NCBI GenBank assembly: GCA_035509195.1
Contig: DATJLT010000164.1
Coordinates: 1 to 52,711 of the forward strand
Length of the DNA: 52,711 bases
Direction of reading: 5' to 3'
Origin: Streptosporangiaceae bacterium
GTDB lineage: Bacteria > Actinomycetota > Actinomycetes > Streptosporangiales > Streptosporangiaceae
This document shows positions 45,726 to 52,711 of the stretch, piece after piece. The notes below the pieces were generated by a model. That model was given only the letters and a program-made list of their open reading frames with translations. It did no database searches and was not told the origin of the DNA. Both the position numbers and the translations under genes were made by a program. Positions within the stretch are counted from its first letter, which is position 1; each line of letters opens with the position of its first letter.

Positions 45726-45875
45726 CGAGCAGCATCGTTGGTTCTGCGTTGCTGCTGGCGGGGCGGATCCAGTGACTACGGTGGCTACTTGATGCGGTTC
45801 CCGCGACATCGCTGGGGCTTTGTTGTTGCATCCGGGGCCGGGCGTACAGCATCGCTGGCTAGCTGATGCTGCTGG
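45726..45875 (-). repeat. composite four-hairpin intergenic element, copy D (inverted relative to copy C)
   Basis: cgagcagcatcgttggttctgcgttgctgctgg ... cgtacagcatcgctggctagctgatgctgctgg. Its reverse complement is colinear with copy C over the full length (about 77% by hand count). Confidence 0.75.
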
Positions 45876-45994
45876 CCGGGCCGCGCGGCCCGGCGGCCGG
45901 GGATCGGCCAGGATAAGAAGGCGACAAATTGACCGGGCGCGCATAAAGTGAACGGGGCCATTGCGCGGGTTCCGTTAGCTGGAAGGATTTCGCG

Positions 45995-46522
45995 GTGCTC
46001 ATCGACGTTGCCATCGGCGTAGCCGTACTTGCCCTGCTGATCGTCAGGCAGGTACGTCCCAGGCGAGTCAGCAGTTCCGGGTGGCGCATCGTCGTGATCC
46101 TCGCTGTCATCGGCGTGTTTGAGGTAGCGACCTACCTCAAGACCAACCATGACACGACAAAGACGCTCGCCGCCCTCGGCGGCAGCCTCGTGCTCGCCGC
46201 CGCGTTCGGCGCGGCGCGGGCCAGCACCGTGCGGCTGTGGACGCAGGATGGCCAGGCCTGGTCGCAGGGCAACTGGATTACGGCCGTACTTTGGGTGCTC
46301 GCGCTGGCGGCGCATCTTGGTTACGACTACCTGATCGCTCCCGGCCACGGCAAGGCCGACATCGGCACCTCGACCGCCGTTCTCTATCTCGCGGTCAGCC
46401 TCGGCATCCAGCGGCTCATTATCCAGGCGCGGGCGCAGCGCCTCGAGCCGACGTTGCCCGCCCCTGGCGGCGTGCCCCCGCCGGGCAGCGGCAGTTTCGG
46501 TCAGTTCAACGGCCTCGGCTAG
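45995..46522 (+). CDS. small integral membrane protein (DUF1453-like?)
   Basis: 175 aa with four hydrophobic segments and a GTG start. The family assignment is a weak recollection only. Confidence 0.55.
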   Translation: MLIDVAIGVAVLALLIVRQVRPRRVSSSGWRIVVILAVIGVFEVATYLKTNHDTTKTLAALGGSLVLAAAFGAARASTVRLWTQDGQAWSQGNWITAVLWVLALAAHLGYDYLIAPGHGKADIGTSTAVLYLAVSLGIQRLIIQARAQRLEPTLPAPGGVPPPGSGSFGQFNGLG

Positions 46523-46573
46523 TCAGGGAAACGCGGCCAGCGGCAAGCCGGGGTCGCGTGATTTACTCCGGGA

Positions 46574-47170
46574 ATGGCGCGGCCTCGGGTTATCGACGAC
46601 GAGCGGCTGCTCGCCGCCGCCCAGCAGGTGCTCTTCGACGTCGGCCCTGCCGTCTTCACCCTCCAGCGCGTCGCGGAGCGAGCCGGCGTCTCCGCGGCGA
46701 CGCTGATCAAGCGGTTCGGGTCCAAGCAGCAGATCTTCGTCGAGCTTGACCGGCGCTGGGTCGCCTCGATCGAACCCGGTCTCGCGGCGGCGGAAGCGGG
46801 CTGCCGCTCACCGCTTGAAAGGCTGCGCGCCGCCGCCTTGTGGGGCTTCGACGACCTTGACTCCCCGGCCAATACCGCCAACGAACTCGCCGCCCTCGCC
46901 CTGGATCTGGAGGACGACACGATGAGAGGGCTGCTGGCCAGTGGCTGGCAGGTCATCGAGGACCACCTGACCGCCTGCGCCGCCGAGGCGATTGCCGCGG
47001 GCGAGCTTGGCCAGGGAATGCCGGCCGCCCAGATCGCCAGGATCCTGCTCGCCACCGCGGAGGGCACCCGCATCACCTGGTGCGTCCGTCCGGTCGGGTC
47101 GCTGGTTGAGCGGGCAGAGGCCGACCTGGAAGTCGTGCTCGCCGCGCTTGTCACGGCGAGTTACCTGTAA
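46574..47170 (+). CDS. TetR/AcrR-family transcriptional regulator
   Basis: 198 aa. The N-terminal HTH is FTLQRVAERAGVSAATLIKRFGSKQQIF. Confidence 0.85.
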   Translation: MARPRVIDDERLLAAAQQVLFDVGPAVFTLQRVAERAGVSAATLIKRFGSKQQIFVELDRRWVASIEPGLAAAEAGCRSPLERLRAAALWGFDDLDSPANTANELAALALDLEDDTMRGLLASGWQVIEDHLTACAAEAIAAGELGQGMPAAQIARILLATAEGTRITWCVRPVGSLVERAEADLEVVLAALVTASYL

Positions 47171-48102
47171 CCGGATTCGTCCGCAGGGAGTCCGGCATCT
47201 TGCACTTCTACGACGTACCGCCAGCAATCGGGCCGCGACCCGTCCGCGTCGGTGACGCCGTAGGCGACGGCGAGGTCATAGCTGGTAAGCGAGCGGCCGG
47301 CGTACCGGCTGAACTCTGGGTCGGCGGCCAGCGCGGCGACGCCGCGGCCGACGAAGGCGGGCGACTCGGAGATCACGAAGTGCGGCTCCTTCGCTGTGCC
47401 GTCACGCCAGTTTGTTTCGGTGACCCCGAACTCGTCGAGCATCGCCTCTGACCGCAGCCAGCCAGGCGTCACGGCGACCGCGGTGAGAGCTGTCCCGTCA
47501 AGTTCCGCCGTGAGGCCAACGGTGATCCGGCCTACCGCCGCCTTGACGAGGTCGTAGTAGAAGCCGACACCTTCGCGGAACTTGCTGTTGTATTCGAAGG
47601 TTCCGTCGGTCATCTCGACGATGAGCCCGGCCCGGCCGGATGCCAGCATCAGCGGGAGAGCGTAGTGGGCGGTGATCAGGTGCGTGTCGATTCCCATGCG
47701 CAGCATGCGCAGACCGCCGCCGAGATCGTGCTCCCATAGTTTCTTGTCGAATTCGGCATAACGGTCGCCGCCGAAGATGTCGTTGACCAGGATGTCCAGT
47801 CGTCCCTGCTCGGCTGAGATGTCCGCGACAATGGCGCTGACCTCTGGGGGTTCGAGATGATCGACGCGCCGCGCAATGCCGGAGCCGCCCGCCGCGAGCA
47901 TAAGCTCGCCGGTCTCCTCGATCGTCTCAGGCCGGCCGATCTCCGACCGGCCTCCGGTACGGCTACTGCGGCCCGTGGCGTAGACGCAGGCACCTGCCCG
48001 CGCCAGTTCGACCGCAATCGCCCGGCCCGCGCCCCTCGTCGCGCCCGCCACGAGCGCGACCTTCCCGGCCAACGGGCCACCGCTTTGGTTCAGCTCCGAC
48101 AT
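47161..48102 (-). CDS. SDR-family oxidoreductase
   Basis: 313 aa. GKVALVAGATRGAGRAIAVELA cofactor motif. YDLVK (YxxxK) is present. Confidence 0.85.
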   Translation of the reverse strand: MSELNQSGGPLAGKVALVAGATRGAGRAIAVELARAGACVYATGRSSRTGGRSEIGRPETIEETGELMLAAGGSGIARRVDHLEPPEVSAIVADISAEQGRLDILVNDIFGGDRYAEFDKKLWEHDLGGGLRMLRMGIDTHLITAHYALPLMLASGRAGLIVEMTDGTFEYNSKFREGVGFYYDLVKAAVGRITVGLTAELDGTALTAVAVTPGWLRSEAMLDEFGVTETNWRDGTAKEPHFVISESPAFVGRGVAALAADPEFSRYAGRSLTSYDLAVAYGVTDADGSRPDCWRYVVEVQDAGLPADESGYR

Positions 48103-48224
48103 GATGTCTCCTTGAGAAGAAGGACGGTCATGATTAGTAAATCACCATTCACTAACTACCGCAGCACCGGGGACCGGGCCAGCGGGGACCGGGGCAGCGC
48201 CCGTGGCCGGTTCAGGTTGCGGCG

Positions 48225-48378
48225 CCAGCAGCATCGCTGGCCCCTTGATGTTGTGGGCTGCCTCCGTCCAATGACAACGATGGAACTCTGATGCTGCTCC
48301 CGCAGCAGCGGAGTTCCACTGATGCTGTTAGCAGCGTGCATCCAGCAGCATCGAGGGGCCAGCGATGCTCCTGCTCGA
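48225..48378 (+). repeat. composite four-hairpin intergenic element, copy E
   Basis: ccagcagcatcgctggccccttgatgttgtggg / caatgacaacgatggaactctgatgctgctccc / gcagcagcggagttccactgatgctgttagc / ccagcagcatcgaggggccagcgatgctcctgctcg. It has the same end motifs and orientation as copy C. Lies in a divergent intergenic region (48102 / 48429). Confidence 0.7.
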
Positions 48379-48428
48379 TGGTCCGCGATCGGCGGGCCGC
48401 CCCGGCCGCGCGGAATTGAGGTAAGCGA

Positions 48429-49406
48429 ATGCCAAGCGAGCTGATCAGCAACCCTGACAAGGTGCTCTTCCCCGAAGCCGGGCTGACCAAGGGCGACCTC
48501 GCCGCGCACTACGAGCTGGTCGCCGAGCCGCTGATGCGGACCATGGGCGGTCGTCCGGTGCTGCTCCAGAGGTTCCCTGAAGGACCTGGCGGGCCCTCGT
48601 TCTTCCAGAAGCGGGTACCAAAGAACGCCCCTTCCTGGCTTACCACGACGGTCGTATCGACGCCCAACGGCACCACATCGCAGGCCCTGGTCGCAGCCGA
48701 CCTCGACCACGTTCTCTGGGCCGTCAATCTCGGCTGCCTCGGCTTCCACGTCTGGCCTTACCTGGCGGCCGAGCCCGAGCACACCGATGAGCTGCGGATC
48801 GACCTCGATCCGACGCCTGGCGTGGACTTCGACATGATCAGGCAGGCCGCGCGCGAACTCCGTGCGCTGCTCGCCGAGGCCGGCATCACCGGGTACGCGA
48901 AGACGACAGGCAACCGCGGCCTGCACGTGTACGTGCGCCTCGAACCCCGCTGGGATTCCTACCAGGTGCGTTCTGGCGCGGTCGCGATCGCCCGCGAGCT
49001 GGAAAGGCGCAGGCCCGAGCTGATCACGGCCGCCTGGTGGAAAGAGGAGCGCGGCACCCGTGTCTTCATCGACTACAACCAGAACGCGCCTCACAAAACC
49101 GTGTTCGGCGCCTGGTCGGTCAGGGCGCGCCCAGGCGCCCAGGTCTCGACCCCCATCGCCTGGGAAGAGCTCGACGAGATCCATCCCGACCAGTTCACGA
49201 TCAAGACCATGCCCGCCAGGCTCGAGTCGGCTGGTGACCCCTGGCGGAAAATGAACGAGGCTCCGCAGTCGCTCGAGCCGCTGCTTGAGATGAACGCACG
49301 CGACCGGGCCAGCGGGCTCATGGACGCTCCGTGGCCTCCCGTCTACCCTAAGCAACCAGACGAGCCGCCGAGGGTCGCTCCGAGCCGCGCGAAAAAGCAG
49401 GCCTAG
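48429..49406 (+). CDS. stand-alone LigD-type NHEJ polymerase/primase domain protein
   Basis: 325 aa. NPDKVLFPEAGLTKGDLAAHY, ELRIDLDP, TTGNRGLHVYV and VFIDYNQN are the archaeo-eukaryotic primase motifs of LigD PolDom. Confidence 0.85.
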   Translation: MPSELISNPDKVLFPEAGLTKGDLAAHYELVAEPLMRTMGGRPVLLQRFPEGPGGPSFFQKRVPKNAPSWLTTTVVSTPNGTTSQALVAADLDHVLWAVNLGCLGFHVWPYLAAEPEHTDELRIDLDPTPGVDFDMIRQAARELRALLAEAGITGYAKTTGNRGLHVYVRLEPRWDSYQVRSGAVAIARELERRRPELITAAWWKEERGTRVFIDYNQNAPHKTVFGAWSVRARPGAQVSTPIAWEELDEIHPDQFTIKTMPARLESAGDPWRKMNEAPQSLEPLLEMNARDRASGLMDAPWPPVYPKQPDEPPRVAPSRAKKQA

Positions 49407-50578
49407 TCCGCGCCTGCGACCAGCGCCAGCAAGATTTCCTGATGCCGCGACGCCCGTGCTAGCTCGCCGAGAACATCAAGACCAGAATCTGCCAGCAAGC
49501 ACCGGTGAGCGGCCGTGCTGGCGGAAGGGTTCCTGGCGACGCCGGCCCGTACGGCCTGGTCAGCGTCGCGGGCGAGCTGGTCGAGCAGCAGGGGGAGCGC
49601 GTGATCGTTGCGGGCGACGCGCCGGCGTACCTGAGCGCTGGAGTCGGCGGCGAGTGCGGCCAGTACCCGTGCTGGGGCTGACCGGTTGCCGCCGAGCGCG
49701 GCCCGCACCAGGCAGTCGGGATCGGCCGCCATCGCGACCGCCGCCGCCGGCGGCAGGGACCTGCTCGCCGCGGCCGAGATGCGGACCTGGACGGCCGGGT
49801 CGGCGGCCAGTGCGAGTAGCTGGGCCGGCGGGCATACCGGGTTAGCCGCTACGGCTCTCCTCGCGGGCTCCTCGTGCCCGGCCGCGGCAATGACCAGGTA
49901 GTGCGGCGTACTCGGGTGACGCAGCGCGGTGCACCTGACCTCGTCGACGGGGTCGGCGGCTAGCTGGTCGAGCGTGATTGGCGGGGCCTGCCTGTTCCTC
50001 GCGACGGCCAGCCTGATCGCCGGCGCCTGGTCGGCGGCCAGGGTCTCGAAGGAGGCTGGTGAGGTGGCCGTGTTGCCGGCGAGGAACAACCTGGACAGGA
50101 AGTCGCGCGGCCAGTAGGCGGCAGCCAGCGACTCCGCCTGGGCGCCAGGGTTCTGCAGCACGCAGTGCCTGACCCGACGCGCGTCGTCCCTGGCCAGCTT
50201 GAGCAGCCGTTGGGGCGGGCAGAGCGGATTCCCCGCGGCGGCCGCCCGCACCAGGACCAGGTCGTCGCCGGCTAGCTGGTCGATGACCTCGGGGTCGGCA
50301 GCCTGGCTGGCCGCGACGGCGACCCTTACCCGCTCATCATGATCGGACGCCAGTCCGGCCAGCGTTGCGGCCTGGCAGGACGGGTTTGCCGCGACCGACC
50401 TCCTGACGGCCGCGTTACTGTCGCCCGCGAGGTCGGCCAGCAACTCGCGAGCCGCCGCCTGGCTTGCCGCGGCCGCCTCCCGGCAGTCAGGTGAAGGTTG
50501 CCTGCCGAGCGCGGCGATCAGGTGGGCGGGTGCGTGGGGATTGGCCGCGAGCAGCAGCATCAGGCTTGGGGAGTTCAT
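49403..50578 (-). CDS. leucine-rich-repeat-variant (LRV) / HEAT-like repeat protein
   Basis: 391 aa of roughly 23-24-residue repeats of the form VR..VA.NP.CP...L..LA.D. The start overlaps the upstream gene's stop (ATGA). Confidence 0.65.
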   Translation of the reverse strand: MNSPSLMLLLAANPHAPAHLIAALGRQPSPDCREAAAASQAAARELLADLAGDSNAAVRRSVAANPSCQAATLAGLASDHDERVRVAVAASQAADPEVIDQLAGDDLVLVRAAAAGNPLCPPQRLLKLARDDARRVRHCVLQNPGAQAESLAAAYWPRDFLSRLFLAGNTATSPASFETLAADQAPAIRLAVARNRQAPPITLDQLAADPVDEVRCTALRHPSTPHYLVIAAAGHEEPARRAVAANPVCPPAQLLALAADPAVQVRISAAASRSLPPAAAVAMAADPDCLVRAALGGNRSAPARVLAALAADSSAQVRRRVARNDHALPLLLDQLARDADQAVRAGVARNPSASTAAHRCLLADSGLDVLGELARASRHQEILLALVAGAD

Positions 50579-51546
50579 GAGCTAGCCGGGCGGGTGTCGG
50601 CCGGGCGGGTGTCGGTCGGCAGGGCATAGCTGAGATCGTGGCCGGCCTCGCCGCCTAGTGCCCGAAGCTCGCCCGCGAGGCGCCCGGCGGCGGCGTGCTG
50701 GCCATAGCCGTTCATGATCAGCCAGTCACGCGGGTATACGTCACCGTCAAGCAGCCCGAAGAACGCCTCGACGACGTCGCCTTCGTCGTCGAAGAAACGG
50801 CCGGTCTCCGGTGCGATGTACTTCCATCCGCCGATGATCCGGCGGTTGACCAGCACGGGAACGTCGACGGCGAGCGCCTCGGTGATGACGCGCGGAGAGG
50901 CGTCGAGTTGGCTGGGCACGAACGCCGCCCGCGCCGACGCGGTCACCCGCACGAAGGCCGGCCAGTTAAGCTGCGGCAGGTACTCGATGTTCGGATGCAG
51001 GGGCAGCCCAGGCGCGCCGGCCCGTCCGACCATGGCGATGCGGGCGCCGGCGTCCGCGAGCCGCAGTGCGCAAGATCTGGCCAGGTCCCAGTTCTTCTGC
51101 AGTTCGTTGAGCCAGGTGGGCAGGCAACTGTAGACCAGGTCCCATCGTTTTGGCGGCCGGCCCTCACCGTAGGCGGCTTGCCAGGCGGCCTGGTCGTTGA
51201 CGAAGTCAGAGCCGCTCACCAGCATGCGTGGCTGGCCTGGCGGAAGGTAGCTGTCCGGGTCGCGGAAGCAATGCGCCCAGGCCTCGCAGGCCCTGACCTC
51301 CAGGCGTTCCCAGCCCTGTCGCGGGGTGGCGCCAAGTGCCTGCCCGTCGTAAGCGGCGTGATAAAGCGGAAAAGGGCCGTAATGAGTGAAGCCGATCATC
51401 CGGTGCCCGGCGGCCATGGTCTCGAAAAGCGGGCGCTGGCTGTTCTCGATGCCACGCCGCAGCATCGCGAAGCCCGTGTCCCTGCCCTTTCTGTCGACGA
51501 TCCAGCGCAATGGCCAGGGAACATCCTCGCCGGAATTGGCTTTCAT
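50575..51546 (-). CDS. GT-B-fold glycosyltransferase-like protein
   Basis: 323 aa. The C-terminal FVPSQLDASPRVITEALAVDVPVLVN....GGWKYIAPETGRFFDD resembles the GT4/GT1 donor-binding half. The 3' end carries a perfect in-frame 15-bp duplication (50586-50615, DTRPA x2). Confidence 0.5.
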   Translation of the reverse strand: MKANSGEDVPWPLRWIVDRKGRDTGFAMLRRGIENSQRPLFETMAAGHRMIGFTHYGPFPLYHAAYDGQALGATPRQGWERLEVRACEAWAHCFRDPDSYLPPGQPRMLVSGSDFVNDQAAWQAAYGEGRPPKRWDLVYSCLPTWLNELQKNWDLARSCALRLADAGARIAMVGRAGAPGLPLHPNIEYLPQLNWPAFVRVTASARAAFVPSQLDASPRVITEALAVDVPVLVNRRIIGGWKYIAPETGRFFDDEGDVVEAFFGLLDGDVYPRDWLIMNGYGQHAAAGRLAGELRALGGEAGHDLSYALPTDTRPADTRPASS

Positions 51547-52711
51547 GAATCTGCCTGGGTACTGAAGTGCCTGAGGGCCGAGCGTCCGACCTCGAACAGG
51601 GTCCTTTCCGGCGGCAGCGGGTGGGTAATGCCCGCCCTGAGGTCACGCAGTGCCTGCTCGAAAGGCAGCGCTCGCAGGTAAGAACGGCTGCCGAGCAGTT
51701 CCATCGCGAGTTCGGCGACCCGGACGCTTGAGAGGACGACCTGGCGCTTGGCAAGCATCGCGGTGATGAAGAGGCGCTCGGAGCCGACCGACTTGTCGGT
51801 GACTTCCGCGAGGTAAGCGTCGAGCGCCCAGCGGGCCGACCTGAACTCCTGTGTCATCAGCCCGGCCAGGCGCTCCTGCGTGGCATCGGGCTGGCCGCGT
51901 GCCGCGAGACGAAGCGCACGGTCGCGCGTCGCGCCTGCAGCGCCAAGGTAGACAGAAGCGATCACGGCGAGCGCGATCTGGAGGCCGGGCAGGCGGTGAC
52001 CAGCGGTCCTTTCCGGCGCGCTGTCTGGATGGCGGGCGCTGTCTTGACGGGGCGCGCGGCCTGGCAGCGACCTGAGCGGTGCGAACTCGATGATGCCGGA
52101 TTCCGGCACGAACACCTTCGAGAAAGAGACCGGGTTGCTGCCAGAACCGCGCATGCCGAGCGCGTCCCAGTCAGGGATGATCTCAGCTCCCGGCGCTGGC
52201 ATGGGGACAAGGACGGTCGCCGTCCACGGCTCTGTGCCGTCATCGACCCGCGCCATCGTTACGACGGCATCCGCGCCCGGTACGCCGCTGCAAAATCGCT
52301 TCCGGCCGCTGACCAGCAGGCCGCCGTCCGCAGGCACGGCCGTGACGCCAGGATTGGCCGGATCGGCCGCGCCGCTTGAAGACAGGATCAGCCCTTCGGT
52401 CACGATCCGCCGCAGCGCTGGCTCGACCGCGCGATCACCGAGCCGCCAGCGCCAGGCCAGCGTCAGCACGTTGTGCTGGTGCATGGAGATCGCGAGCGAC
52501 GTGTTCGCGCAGTAGCCCGCGAGCGCGGCCTGGGCAGCGCAGACCGACGCCAGGTCGCAACCGCCGCCGCCAAGCTCGGCGGGCACTGCGATCGTGCCGA
52601 AGCCGGCTGCCCTGATCGCCGCGTAGCCTTCGGTCACGAACGAGGCTTCCCTGTCGTGGCGTGCGGCGTGCGGAGCCGCCGCGGCTCCGATCTCGCGCGC
52701 TATCGACAGGA
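51543..52711 (-). CDS. acyl-CoA dehydrogenase family protein (5' end beyond the window)
   Basis: The track ORF 51543..52637 starts at an internal GTG. The frame stays open to the window end (…SIAREIGAAAAPHAARHDREASFVTEGYAAIRAAGFG), the usual ACAD N-terminal helix region. DALGMRGSGSN is ACAD-like. The stop overlaps the next start (ATGA). Confidence 0.75.
   Translation of the reverse strand, partial: LSIAREIGAAAAPHAARHDREASFVTEGYAAIRAAGFGTIAVPAELGGGGCDLASVCAAQAALAGYCANTSLAISMHQHNVLTLAWRWRLGDRAVEPALRRIVTEGLILSSSGAADPANPGVTAVPADGGLLVSGRKRFCSGVPGADAVVTMARVDDGTEPWTATVLVPMPAPGAEIIPDWDALGMRGSGSNPVSFSKVFVPESGIIEFAPLRSLPGRAPRQDSARHPDSAPERTAGHRLPGLQIALAVIASVYLGAAGATRDRALRLAARGQPDATQERLAGLMTQEFRSARWALDAYLAEVTDKSVGSERLFITAMLAKRQVVLSSVRVAELAMELLGSRSYLRALPFEQALRDLRAGITHPLPPERTLFEVGRSALRHFSTQADS

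Noticed and set aside
17719-48378. CRISPR arrays, as an explanation for the clustered hairpin repeats
   Set aside because: Units within a locus are only loosely similar and not regularly spaced, and they have no unique spacers. Whole loci are colinear copies of each other. No cas genes are present.
1-52711. tRNA, rRNA, tmRNA or other classical RNA genes
   Set aside because: I inspected all intergenic regions longer than 80 nt and saw no cloverleaf-like tRNA arrangement or rRNA-like sequence. This was by eye only and should be confirmed with tRNAscan-SE and Infernal.

Overview
High-GC (about 70%) actinomycete-type chromosomal DNA, densely coding on both strands, with no rRNA, tRNA or CRISPR seen. 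Many long ORFs in the supplied track are Arg/Pro/Gly-rich antisense shadows of real genes and were discarded.

Layout:
- 1-1.2 kb: edge fragment of a DUF222/HNH gene and an ISL3 transposase remnant abutting a VOC gene.
- 1.3-17.7 kb: housekeeping and accessory enzymes. These are a YafY regulator, an HDAC-family amidohydrolase, a P1 peptidase, oligopeptidase B, a threonine-aldolase-like enzyme, a GNAT, an APC permease, a STAND/TPR protein, a GH63-like glucosidase and a serine hydrolase.
- 17.9-30.3 kb: cell-envelope neighbourhood. It holds DedA, a lytic-transglycosylase-like secreted protein, an L,D-transpeptidase lipoprotein, two apolipoprotein N-acyltransferase paralogues, an EamA exporter and a GT39 glycosyltransferase. 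An atypical-codon two-gene cassette sits between the two lnt genes.
- 30.5-31.7 kb: serS.
- 33.3-44.2 kb: an 11-gene, almost gap-free plus-strand operon of tailoring enzymes and two MFS exporters. It contains a gene (38368..39264) for an HK97-fold phage-capsid-like protein, with no other phage gene anywhere in the window.
- 44.3-52.7 kb: WS/DGAT, a membrane protein, TetR, an SDR, a stand-alone LigD polymerase domain, and a coupled ACAD / GT-like / LRV-repeat operon.

Main finding: the capsid-like gene looks like a Family-3 (natural-product) encapsulin-type shell embedded in a small-molecule biosynthetic cluster.

Second unexplained layer: a roughly 150-nt composite element built from four imperfect hairpin units occurs five times, always intergenic. 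Two inverted copies bracket the encapsulin cluster.
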